A stretch of DNA of 62,594 nucleotides, filler included. It is 11 parts of 11 records of this genome, joined end to end, with 100 filler letters (N's around TTAATTAATTAA, not from the genome) between each part and the next. Parts side by side here need not be neighbours in the genome. Positions count along the whole stretch, not along the records: positions 1 to 5,077 come from SRR31156797_79034; positions 5,178 to 11,748 come from SRR31156797_79098; 9 more parts are not named here. One strand, given 5' to 3'. Both the position numbers and the translations under genes were made by a program. Every line of letters begins with the position of its first letter. Within the stretch, counting starts at the first letter, position 1. The notes under the pieces were generated by a model. The model made no database searches and was not told the DNA's origin. It saw nothing but the letters and a program-made list of their open reading frames with translations. This document shows positions 1-9,262 of the stretch, in pieces.

Positions 1-2
1 CC

Positions 3-524
3 GCTCACCCTCTCTTTGTCTATCTCCCCTGCGGCGTGGGCGGCGGTCCCGGAGGTATAGCCTTCGGATTGAAAACCCTTTTCGGAACGAATGTCCACTG
101 CTTCTTTGCCGAACCGACCGCCGCGCCCTGTATGCTCCTGGGGCTGGCCACCGGGCTTCACGACGGGGTGTCTGTTGCCGATTTCGGCCTTTCCGGAAAA
201 ACCATTGCCGATGGTCTGGCCGTGGGCCGGCCTTCCGGGCTTGTCGGCCGGGAGTACGGCCACTTTATAGACGGAGTCTTCACCGTGGAAGATGCCCGGC
301 TTCTGGAGCTTCTGAAGCTTGCCCGAAGGACGGAGAAGTTACGGCTCGAACCATCGGCCCTGGCCGGCTTACCGGGACCTTCCTTTCTCCGCTCCTCGGC
401 GGCAGGCCGGGAGTGGCTGAAACGGCAGGGGCTTGAAGGTCGCTTGGTGTCTGCTTCTCATATCGTCTGGGCTACAGGCGGGGGAATGGTGCCCGATGAG
501 GTTCTCGAGGGGTATCTTCAATAG
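3..524 (+). CDS. dsdA: D-serine ammonia-lyase (dehydratase), C-terminal part, 5' truncated by window edge
   Basis: The frame is open from base 3: [17 protein letters not shown]...FFAEPT...[11 protein letters not shown]...LEPSALAG...H.VWATGG.MVP, the DsdA C-terminal signature motifs. Confidence 0.9.
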   Translation, partial: AHPLFVYLPCGVGGGPGGIAFGLKTLFGTNVHCFFAEPTAAPCMLLGLATGLHDGVSVADFGLSGKTIADGLAVGRPSGLVGREYGHFIDGVFTVEDARLLELLKLARRTEKLRLEPSALAGLPGPSFLRSSAAGREWLKRQGLEGRLVSASHIVWATGGGMVPDEVLEGYLQ

Positions 525-613
525 AGATGATCAGAGATGGGCGTTGGAGATTTAATTTGCTTTCTCCCCGGGAAAAAGTATAAAATAACGGGGTAAACGA
601 ACAAACCGGAGGG

Positions 614-2242
614 ATGAGAATGAAAAGACCTGAAACTGCCTATTTTTCCATGGAGTTTGCCCTGGATACGGAGTTCAGGACCTATGCGGGAGGTCTCGGC
701 ATTCTGGCCGGGGATTACCTCAAAGGGGCCCGGGATTACGGGTTTCCGATTATCGGTGTTGGGATACTCTGGAAACAGGGATACACGGATCAGATGATCG
801 ACGAGGCGGGCAATCCCTACGATTCCTACCACAACTATAAATACGATTTCCTGGAGGATACGGGGGTTAAGGTGACGGTTCCCGTCAGGGGCCGGGATGT
901 GGTCTGCAAAGTCTGGAAGACCGAACATTACGAAAACGCCGAACTTTATCTTCTTGATACGGATCTTCCGGAAAATGCGGACCCCTGGATCACCGGGCAG
1001 CTCTACGGCTGGTTTTCAGAGGAACGGATTGCCCAGGAGATGGTCCTGGGTATAGGGGGACTCAAGGCGATTCGCGCCCTGGAGCTTCCTGTCGATATCT
1101 ATCATTTCAACGAAGGCCATGCCCTCTTTGCAGGCATTGAGCTTCTCCGTGAGCAGATGGAGGAGAAGGCCCACTCCTTCACCGAAGCCATTGATGCCGT
1201 AAAAAAACAGATCGTTTTTACCACCCACACGCCGATTATCCAGGGGAACGAAGTTCATGATATGGATCTTCTCCTCTATATGGGCGCCAACCTCCATCTG
1301 TCGCGGAAGGAAATGGCTTATATCGGCGGAGATCCCTTTAATATGACTATTGCCGCCCTTAGACTGGCGAAACGGTCAAACGGTGTTGCCGCGCTCCACG
1401 GCGAAACGGCCCGGGCTATGTGGAAAGGAGTCCCGCGTATCAGTGAGATTATCGCTGTCACGAATGCCATCCACCGACCGACCTGGGTGGACCTCCGATT
1501 TCTGGAGGCCGCCGGGGAGGAGTCCGGTGATATCTGGGAACTCCACGTGGAGAACAAGAGAAATCTGATCGGCTTTATCGAAGAGCGTAACGGAGTCCGT
1601 CTGGATGAGGATGTCCTTTTGATCGGATTTTCCCGCCGGGCGGCACCCTACAAGAGGAGCAATTTTATTTTCTCTGAGCCTGAGATTATCGAACCTCTTC
1701 TGAAGGAAAACCGGCTGCAGATTGTTTTTTCAGGGAAGGCCCATCCCCTGGACGACACGGGCAAGGAAATTGTCCGATCCCTGGTGGATATGAGCCGCCG
1801 GTACCCGCAAAATGTGGTCTTCCTGGAGAACTACGATATGACCATCGGCCGGATGCTCACCCGGGGGTCTGATATATGGCTCAACAACCCCCGGCGCCCC
1901 AAGGAGGCTTCGGGAACTTCAGGGATGAAGGCGGCCATGAACGGGGTTCTGAACTTTTCGATCCTCGACGGCTGGTGGCCCGAAGCCTGCGATCACGGGA
2001 AAAACGGATGGCAGTTCGGCGATGCCTTTGAAGCGGATGACGAGGACCTTCAGGATGCCAATGATCTGGACGCCCTCTACAAGGTCCTCCAGGAGGAAGT
2101 TCTCCCCGCCTACTACAACGACAGGGAGGGGTGGATCCGGATGATGAGGGCAAGCATCCTTTCCACGAAGGATGAGTTCAACGTAAAAAGAATGCTCAAG
2201 GAGTACTATGAACTCCTTTATACCTGGAAAGAGAGAGGATAA
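614..2242 (+). CDS. glgP: Alpha-glucan (glycogen/maltodextrin) phosphorylase, short form
   Basis: AYFSMEF, YAGGLGILAGD, HFNEGH, FTTHTP and the PLP-lysine motif EASGTSGMK; GGAGGG RBS upstream. Confidence 0.92.
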   Translation: MRMKRPETAYFSMEFALDTEFRTYAGGLGILAGDYLKGARDYGFPIIGVGILWKQGYTDQMIDEAGNPYDSYHNYKYDFLEDTGVKVTVPVRGRDVVCKVWKTEHYENAELYLLDTDLPENADPWITGQLYGWFSEERIAQEMVLGIGGLKAIRALELPVDIYHFNEGHALFAGIELLREQMEEKAHSFTEAIDAVKKQIVFTTHTPIIQGNEVHDMDLLLYMGANLHLSRKEMAYIGGDPFNMTIAALRLAKRSNGVAALHGETARAMWKGVPRISEIIAVTNAIHRPTWVDLRFLEAAGEESGDIWELHVENKRNLIGFIEERNGVRLDEDVLLIGFSRRAAPYKRSNFIFSEPEIIEPLLKENRLQIVFSGKAHPLDDTGKEIVRSLVDMSRRYPQNVVFLENYDMTIGRMLTRGSDIWLNNPRRPKEASGTSGMKAAMNGVLNFSILDGWWPEACDHGKNGWQFGDAFEADDEDLQDANDLDALYKVLQEEVLPAYYNDREGWIRMMRASILSTKDEFNVKRMLKEYYELLYTWKERG

Positions 2243-2247
2243 GGACC

Positions 2248-3570
2248 ATGATCATCAGAAATGTAAATATTCCCGATTTTAAGACGTTTGAAATACGCAA
2301 AGGAGTCGACATCTTTGTTCATGAGGGGCGGATCGAAAAAATCGCAAGGGAAGAGGAAGGATTCCTGGAGATCCCCGTGGATGAGACTGTTATTGACGGC
2401 AAAGGAATGACCGCCGTTCCCGGAATGGTCAACACCCATTCCCATACGGCTATGACCCTCCTCCGGGGATGTGCTGAAGATATGAAGGCTCAGGACTGGT
2501 TCAACAAACGGATTTGGATCTACGAACGGGGGTTGAAGCCCCGGGATATCTATGTCGGGACAATGATCGGTGCCGCCGAAATGCTTCTGAACGGGGTTAC
2601 CGCCGTGGCGGATCACTATTTTCATATGGAGGAAGCTTTTAAAGCCTACGAGGAGTCCGGGATGAGGGCGGACCTCGCCTGGGCACTTTTCGGTGTGGGG
2701 GACGATGTGGAGGTCAATTACAGGAGGGCCGCCGAGTTTGTTTCGGCCTGCAAGGACAGGGAGGAGCGGATCAATCTCTCTCTCGGTCCCCACTCTCCCT
2801 ATCTCTGTCCTGATGACTTCCTTAAAAGGATAGTCGCCGATTCGGAACGGCTGGGGATGAAGCTTCATATACATGTGGCCGAGGAAGAGAGGCAGGTTGA
2901 AATATCCCTGAAGGAGAAGGGGAAAACCCCCATTCAGGACCTCTACGATTTGGGTGTCCTGCAGGATGCGGGGAATTCTCCCGGAACCATTCTGGCCCAC
3001 GCCTACTGGGCGACCGATCCGGACCTTGAGCTTATGGCCCGCTGCGGAGCAGGAGTCGCCCACTGTCCCAAGACCTATGCCAGATTCGGTGATTTTCACG
3101 ATTTTCTGCCCCGGGCCTGTGAACGGGGGGTGAAGGTGGGACTGGGCAGCGACGGTCCGGCATCCAACTCTACAATCAATATGGCCGAAACCGCCAGACT
3201 GGCCGCCATGATTGCCAAGGGTACGACCTCAGATGCCGAGAAGGGACGACTGGGGGAGGTGCTGCCCCTTCTTTTCGGGGGAGAGGTTCTCGGATTGCCC
3301 CGCTACGGCAGTCTGGAGGCCGGGGCACCGGCGGATGTCGTTCTCCTCGACCTCTCCACACCCGCGATGATCCCCGGGAACAACCTTTTTGCCGATATTC
3401 TCTATGGCCTGGACGGCAGAAATATCCATACGGTTATTGTGGACGGGAAGGCTGTGGTGAAGGAGGGAAAGCTTCTTACAATCGATCTTCCCGCTTTAGC
3501 AGCGGAAGCCTCGGAAATTGCCGCCCGTCTGCTGGCTACAGAGGCCGATGCCCCCATGCAAACCTATTAG
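2248..3570 (+). CDS. Metal-dependent amidohydrolase, MTA/SAH-deaminase (AtzA/TRZ)-like
   Basis: PGMVNTHSH, HSPY, LHIHVAE and GLGSDGPASN metal-binding motifs; starts 5 nt after the phosphorylase stop. Confidence 0.85.
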   Translation: MIIRNVNIPDFKTFEIRKGVDIFVHEGRIEKIAREEEGFLEIPVDETVIDGKGMTAVPGMVNTHSHTAMTLLRGCAEDMKAQDWFNKRIWIYERGLKPRDIYVGTMIGAAEMLLNGVTAVADHYFHMEEAFKAYEESGMRADLAWALFGVGDDVEVNYRRAAEFVSACKDREERINLSLGPHSPYLCPDDFLKRIVADSERLGMKLHIHVAEEERQVEISLKEKGKTPIQDLYDLGVLQDAGNSPGTILAHAYWATDPDLELMARCGAGVAHCPKTYARFGDFHDFLPRACERGVKVGLGSDGPASNSTINMAETARLAAMIAKGTTSDAEKGRLGEVLPLLFGGEVLGLPRYGSLEAGAPADVVLLDLSTPAMIPGNNLFADILYGLDGRNIHTVIVDGKAVVKEGKLLTIDLPALAAEASEIAARLLATEADAPMQTY

Positions 3571-3704
3571 CAATGGGGTGATATTTCTCTAATTTTTCAA
3601 CGGCTGTCTGCAGACGGCCGATTTTTTACAAAAATTTTAATATTTAATTCCTGTTCTGCGCTATATTTATAGAAGAAAGCTGATACCAAGGAAGGACAAG
3701 GTTT

Positions 3705-5077
3705 ATGAAAAGCCGGATGCTGATATCCATACTGATGATTCTCCTGCTGCTGGCAGGCTGTGAAGATTTTATGATTCCCGGATTGACCGATGAGAAGGAA
3801 CTCCCGGTTCTGGAGATTACCTTTTATCTGACGGAGAATGATGACGACGGCCTCCAGGCTTACCCCTTCTTTCCCTCCGATGCCTCCTATATCAGCGTTC
3901 AGGTGATGACTCTTACGGATGAAGGTCTCCGGGAACAGGCGGGGATTACCACCCTGGATCTTTCCGGCTCCTCCGGGACTGTCTCCGCCCGGTTCGACAC
4001 TCTGGGGACCGGGAATTACGAGGTCTGGGCTGGTGTCTACAACGGTGATAATCAACTACGGGCCTTTGGGAACGCCGAGGCGGATCTGACCTCCGGCGAT
4101 GTGGTTCTTTCCCCCCTTCTGGGGCCGGCGGTAACGGCCTTTACCCTTGAAGGCACAGACAGCTCCGGGGGAAGTCAGACGATCAATGCGTCTATCGAAG
4201 GACCCTATATCTCTTTCACCCTGCCCGAAGAGGATTTTTCAATTACAAGCTGGCAGGCCTCCAGTTCCCAGGGGACCGGTGATGAATTCCGGCTCTACGC
4301 CCGGGCTTTTCCCGAGGGCGGAACTCCCGTCGGCGCCGACAGCGGTGCCGGTTTCTCTATCGATGAGGGGGCCGGGACGATAGTTGCTACCGATCCGGCT
4401 CTTTTTGCCCTGGCTGTCGGCAGTTCCGAGGATTTTTATCTTCAGACCATCGCTCTGAACAGCGAATCCGAGGAGAAGTATATAGGCTGGACCGAATTCC
4501 TGGTGGATTACGCTTATTCGGGTGAGGTCGAGCTGGCGGAAACCGAAGCGCCGGTCATCTCGCAGGAGGGTCCCTTCGAGGAGAGTGTCGTCATCAAAAT
4601 AAGCTCGGCAACCGAAGGGGCTTCGATCTGGTATACCGACGACGGATCCAACCCCGGGGCCGCCAACCGTACGGCCTACTCCGACCCTTTAACTTATTCC
4701 CGTGCTGTGACGATTCGGGCCTACGCTACCATGGAAGGGCTGGATGATTCGGCAATTGTTTCGGCGGAGTTCTATTCCGAGCTCGAGCAGATCGGCGACT
4801 GTACTTTTTCTCCGGTCGGCGGGAACTACACCTCCGTTCAGGTGGTCGAGATCACGGCGGCGACCGACGGGGCGGAGATACGCTACACCCTTGACGGCAG
4901 TGATCCCTCTTCCTCCGAGGGACTCGTCTATTCGGATGCTGTTACTCTGGAGGCGGATGCAACGATCCGGGCCATGGCCTGGATGGATGGTATGGCCGAT
5001 TCCGGAATCGTCTCCCAGACCTATTCGATCAACCTTGAGGATCTGAATGCTCCGGAATTCTCGGTCTCCGGAGGACC
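3705..5077 (+). CDS. Acidic surface lipoprotein with chitobiase/beta-hexosaminidase C-terminal (Fn3-associated) repeats, 3' truncated
   Basis: Lipobox LLAGC after a hydrophobic signal; repeated ATxGAxI(W/R)YTxDGSxP...Y.....I(R)A.A...G..DS modules. Confidence 0.8.
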
Positions 5078-5177
5078 NNNNNNNNNNNNNNNNNNNNNNN
5101 NNNNNNNNNNNNNNNNNNNNNTTAATTAATTAANNNNNNNNNNNNNNNNNNNNNNNNNNNNNNNNNNNNNNNNNNNN
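5078..5177. other. Artificial contig linker (N-run/TTAATTAATTAA/N-run); identical linkers at 11749-11848, 17756-17855, 23256-23355, 28611-28710, 34504-34603, 40080-40179, 45443-45542, 52206-52305 and 57475-57574
   Basis: 100-nt spacers with a six-frame stop cassette; genes are truncated and GC content shifts at the linkers. Confidence 0.99.
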
Positions 5178-5265
5178 GGGATGGCATTAGAATCCCCATC
5201 AGCAGGGCAATAATGGCGATGACGACCAGCAACTCGATCAACGTGAAGGCATGCTGTCTCTTCAT
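5178..5265 (-). CDS. Prepilin-type N-terminal cleavage/methylation domain protein (planctomycete type), 3' truncated
   Basis: MKRQHAFTLIELLVVIAIIALLMGILMPS; GAGGTG RBS upstream. Confidence 0.85.
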
Positions 5266-5479
5266 GGCTTGCACCTCAAACACGACACTTTTTCCATTCG
5301 TTCCGTTGTCAACGGCGAGCATGGTACGCTGTGACTCTTGGAGTCTTGTGAGAACAACGTTAGTTTCGCGCTAGCCGTTTCATGGCGACGGTCTGTCGAT
5401 AACGTTTGACATGTTCGCTCTACCGCGTGGGCGACGGCAGGTTCGTTAGATTTCTCTAATCTGGATGCCTCTACTTTCC

Positions 5480-5507
5480 AGCATAACGCTATGCCTGCCA
5501 ATGTCAA
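5480..5507 (-). promoter_or_regulatory. Putative sigma70 promoter for the prepilin-like gene
   Basis: Minus strand TTGACA-N16-TATGCT. Confidence 0.4.
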
Positions 5508-6008
5508 CCGAAAAGGCCGGGGTCCACACTGGCAGCGCCGGCCTCGGTTTGACATTTCTTATGTTCGCTGCCGGTCAAACAACCCGGCAGAACTGGCGAT
5601 TCAGTCGCCCAGGGTCCCGACGACCTCCACGTGGGCGATCGCCCGCCACCGGCCATTGCCGGCACCATCCTTCACAAAGCCCGCATCGGCCCCCTTGGGG
5701 AGGTAACTGAATCCTAGTGTCAACCACATCGAAATCCAACAATCGGCCGGTAGCCTTTCCGGTTTCACTGGCGAATGTGTCCCGTTCATCGTATGAGGTG
5801 TGTCTTGAGAAAAGGAGCCATCCAGGCCCGATCTGTGGCCCCATGGCAGGGGGGACGCTTCTGTTTTTCCTTTCTTTTCCTGTTGCCGATGGGCTCTGCC
5901 TTTGCTTTCCTGGGACATAGTACGCTCACGCGGGCTGGTGTCCGGACGCTCCGGGAGTGCGCCGCCGTCTGAATTGAAGCGAAGTGACATTGAGGAGATT
6001 GCACAGAG

Positions 6009-7178
6009 ATGACAACGAGAGAGAATCTTCCCGGCTGGAAAGACAAGGTGTTGTTCACGCCGGGACCGCTGACGACGAGTCGAACGGTCAAGCAGGCGAT
6101 GCTCCGGGATCTTGGATCGCGGGATCACGAATTCATCGGCATCGTTCGTGACATCCGACGCCGTCTGGTGGAGTTGGGCGAAGCCAAGGAGTCGGAGTAT
6201 ACCGCCATCCTGATGCAGGGCAGTGGCACGTACGGCCTGGAAGCAGTCGTCTCCTCCGCCATTGGCCCGCAGGGCAAGCTGGTGGTCGTCGTCAACGGCG
6301 CGTACGGGCGGCGGATTGCGAAGATGGCCGCCGTCCTCGGCATCGAAACGCACGTGCTCGAGTTCCCCGAGAATGTCAAACCCGATCTGAAGCAGATTGA
6401 TGCCGTGCTCCAGGCCGATCCCGATATCGCCATGCTGGTCGTTGTCCATTGCGAGACGACGACGGGCATCGTCAATCCCATTGCCGAGATCGGGGCGCTG
6501 GCCAAGGGGGCCGGGGTGGACTACTTTGTGGATGCCATGAGCAGCTTCGGGGCGATTCCCGTCAACCTGGCGGAGTGTCACATCGACTATCTCGTCTCAT
6601 CCGCCAACAAGTGCATCGAGGGGGTCCCCGGCTTTTCGTTTGTCCTGGCCAAACTCAGTTGTCTCAAGAAGACGCAGGGCTACGCGCGGAGTCTGAGCCT
6701 CGATCTCTACGAGCAGTGGAACGGCCTGGAGCAAAACGGGCAATTCCGGTTCACGCCCCCGACGCATACGCTGCTGGCCTTCCAGCAAGCCTTGCTCGAG
6801 ATGGAGGCGGAGGGCGGCGTCGAAGGTCGCGCCGCGCGCTATGAAGCGAACTATCGCACGCTCGTCGACGGGATGCGAAAACTGGGCTTCCAGGAGTATT
6901 TGACGCCGGAGGACCAGGGCTACATCATCACCTCTTTCCGCTATCCCGACGATCCCGATTTCAGTTTTCATCGGTTCTATGACTTATTGAACGCGCGCGA
7001 CTACGTTATCTATCCGGGCAAAGTCAGTGACGCGGAGTGCTTCCGCATCGGCAACATCGGTCGCATCGCTCAAGCCGATGTCAGAGACCTGCTGGCCGCC
7101 ATCGCGGCGGTGCTCGAGGAGATGGGGGTCGAGCTGAAAACCGTGCGGACGACGGGCGGGGAGACGACTGTCAAATGA
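6009..7178 (+). CDS. phnW: 2-aminoethylphosphonate--pyruvate transaminase
   Basis: LFTPGP, GSGT, VHCETTTG, DAMSSFG, SSANKCIEGVPGF (PLP Lys) and FRFTPPTH; linked to phnX. Confidence 0.95.
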   Translation: MTTRENLPGWKDKVLFTPGPLTTSRTVKQAMLRDLGSRDHEFIGIVRDIRRRLVELGEAKESEYTAILMQGSGTYGLEAVVSSAIGPQGKLVVVVNGAYGRRIAKMAAVLGIETHVLEFPENVKPDLKQIDAVLQADPDIAMLVVVHCETTTGIVNPIAEIGALAKGAGVDYFVDAMSSFGAIPVNLAECHIDYLVSSANKCIEGVPGFSFVLAKLSCLKKTQGYARSLSLDLYEQWNGLEQNGQFRFTPPTHTLLAFQQALLEMEAEGGVEGRAARYEANYRTLVDGMRKLGFQEYLTPEDQGYIITSFRYPDDPDFSFHRFYDLLNARDYVIYPGKVSDAECFRIGNIGRIAQADVRDLLAAIAAVLEEMGVELKTVRTTGGETTVK

Positions 7179-8323
7179 AGATACTGTGCTTAGGTGGGGC
7201 AGGCCGCATCTGTCGCGAAGCGATTCTCGATCTGGTCCAGACCTCTGATGCCGCCAGGATTACGGTTGCCGATGCGAACGAACAGGCAGGGCGGGAGGTG
7301 ACGGCCTGGCTGGATGATCCGAGAGTGGACTTCTGCGTTGCCAATGTCCGGGACGAAGAAGCTACGGTGGCGTTGATGCGAGACTACGATCTCGTGATGG
7401 ACGGGACGCCGATTTCGTTGAACGATGCGTCGGCCGCCTGTATGGCCACGGCCGGTGTGCATGGCATCAACTTGAACGGGATGAGCAGTGAGTGGGATCT
7501 GGACGAGGCGTTCAAGGCCAGCGGCAAGACCCTCGTGCCCGGCATGGGCATGACGCCCGGCATCACAAACTTGATGGCCATGTTTGCCGCTGACAAACTC
7601 GATGAGGTGGATTCGGTACGGTGCAGTCACGGCGCGTTTCGGCCCATTGCCTTCTCCGAGGCCATTGCCGAGACGACCCGGGTTGAATACGATCCCAACC
7701 TGACCTCGCGGGTGGTCTTCGAGGACGGGCAGTTCGTCCAGGTGCCGCCTTTCGCGCGTCCACGGACGATCGAACTTCCCGAACCGTACGGAACGCACGA
7801 GCAGTACATCATCCCGCATCCCGAACCGCTGACTCTGTCCCGATCGCTGGCCGCCAAGGGCGTGCGCCTGGTCGAGGCCAGGGGCACATGGCCGCCCAGG
7901 AACATGGCCTTGCTCAAGGCCTTGTATGAATGGGGCTTCATGGAAAACGGATCGGTTTGCGTCGGTGGGACCGAGGTCGGCGTCCTGGATGCCATCTTCG
8001 CCCATTTGCGGCGGAGCGATGCGGGTACGACGACCGATCTCAATGGCTATGCGTTGCATGTCGAGGTGGAGGGACGAAAGGGCGGCGCGCCCGTTGCCCT
8101 CGTCTTGACCCACACGCACCCGCCGTCCGACGGTTCCGTGCCGGACTGGGCGGGTCTGAGGGCCTACACGCGCTGTGTCGGCATTCCGCTGGCCATCGGG
8201 GCTCAACTCATCGCGACCGGACAGGTCCAGGGTGCGGGTGTCATGCCGCCGGAATTGGCTTTCGATCCCGCCACCGTATTCGAGATGCTCGAGAAGCGAC
8301 GGATATTCGTGCATGAGCGATAG
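7175..8323 (+). CDS. Saccharopine dehydrogenase / lysine 6-dehydrogenase-family NAD(P)-dependent oxidoreductase
   Basis: Start overlaps the phnW stop (ATGA); Rossmann motif MKILCLGGAGRI; family motifs GMGMTPGITN and HPEPLTL. Confidence 0.85.
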   Translation: MKILCLGGAGRICREAILDLVQTSDAARITVADANEQAGREVTAWLDDPRVDFCVANVRDEEATVALMRDYDLVMDGTPISLNDASAACMATAGVHGINLNGMSSEWDLDEAFKASGKTLVPGMGMTPGITNLMAMFAADKLDEVDSVRCSHGAFRPIAFSEAIAETTRVEYDPNLTSRVVFEDGQFVQVPPFARPRTIELPEPYGTHEQYIIPHPEPLTLSRSLAAKGVRLVEARGTWPPRNMALLKALYEWGFMENGSVCVGGTEVGVLDAIFAHLRRSDAGTTTDLNGYALHVEVEGRKGGAPVALVLTHTHPPSDGSVPDWAGLRAYTRCVGIPLAIGAQLIATGQVQGAGVMPPELAFDPATVFEMLEKRRIFVHER

Positions 8324-8395
8324 ATGTCAGCAGTGTGATCCCGTGCGCAAGGGAAATGACGACAGCAAACAACCGAGAAAAGAAGGAGCAAGTCA

Positions 8396-9235
8396 GTGAC
8401 GGATTTGAATGATGGCAGATATGTCGGGCCGGTGAAGGCGGTAATCAGCGATTTGGCAGGGACGACGGTGGACTTTGGCAGTTGCGCCCCGGCCGGGGCG
8501 TTCGTGGAGCTTTTCCAGCGCCATGGGATCGAGGCCACCACGGCTGATGCGCGGGGTCCGATGGGCATTCACAAGCGGGACCACATTCAGGCGATGCTGG
8601 AGATGCCCCACATCGCCGAACAATGGTCACGCGCCCAGGGCCGGGCCTGGACGGACGACGATCTGGAGACGCTCTACCAGGAATTCATCCCCATGCAACT
8701 GGCGGTGCTGCCGAACTATGGTGACGTCATCCCCGGCGTCGTGGAGACCGTGGCGGAATTGCGAAAACGAGGCATCCCGGTCGCGGTCAACACCGGATAC
8801 AACCGGGAGATGTTGGAGGTCGTGCTCCAGAAGGCCAGCGAGGGCGGCTTCGTCCCCGATGCCGCGTCTTGCGGCGGTGACGTGCCCAAGGGCCGGCCGG
8901 CTCCGTGGATGATCTACCGGTTGATGGAAGCGCTCGATGTGTATCCCTTGCAGGCCGTGGTCAAGATAGGCGACACGATCGCCGACATCGAGGCAGGCCT
9001 CAATGCCGGTGTCTGGACGGTCGGCGTCACGAAGACCGGCAATCTCGTCGGTCTCACGAAAGACGAGCTGGAGGCCCTGACGCCGGAGGAATTGGAGCAG
9101 AAAGTGGCGGACGCCACGCGGAAATTCGAGGACGCGCGGGCCCATTATGTGATAGACTCATTTGCGGGTCTGCCCGCGGTGATTGCCGACATCGAGAAGC
9201 GGCTGAAGCAGGCCTCTGGCGTGTCGGTTGCATAA
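8396..9235 (+). CDS. phnX: Phosphonoacetaldehyde hydrolase (phosphonatase)
   Basis: HAD motif DLAGTTVDFG, Schiff-base Lys motif PMGIHKRDHI, GRPAPWM and KIGDTIADI; GTG start with AAGGAG RBS. Confidence 0.95.
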   Translation: MTDLNDGRYVGPVKAVISDLAGTTVDFGSCAPAGAFVELFQRHGIEATTADARGPMGIHKRDHIQAMLEMPHIAEQWSRAQGRAWTDDDLETLYQEFIPMQLAVLPNYGDVIPGVVETVAELRKRGIPVAVNTGYNREMLEVVLQKASEGGFVPDAASCGGDVPKGRPAPWMIYRLMEALDVYPLQAVVKIGDTIADIEAGLNAGVWTVGVTKTGNLVGLTKDELEALTPEELEQKVADATRKFEDARAHYVIDSFAGLPAVIADIEKRLKQASGVSVA

Positions 9236-9262
9236 ATGCGGCTGTTTTCAAGAGGATGGGAC

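Noticed and set aside
2218-3099. 293-aa minus-strand ORF
   Set aside because: Shadow of the amidohydrolase.
7037-7174. N-terminal extension of the saccharopine-dehydrogenase-like ORF (and similar extensions at 16852, 34425, 48003, 52181 and 55170)
   Set aside because: These overlap upstream genes or lack an RBS; the downstream starts fit the family N-termini better.
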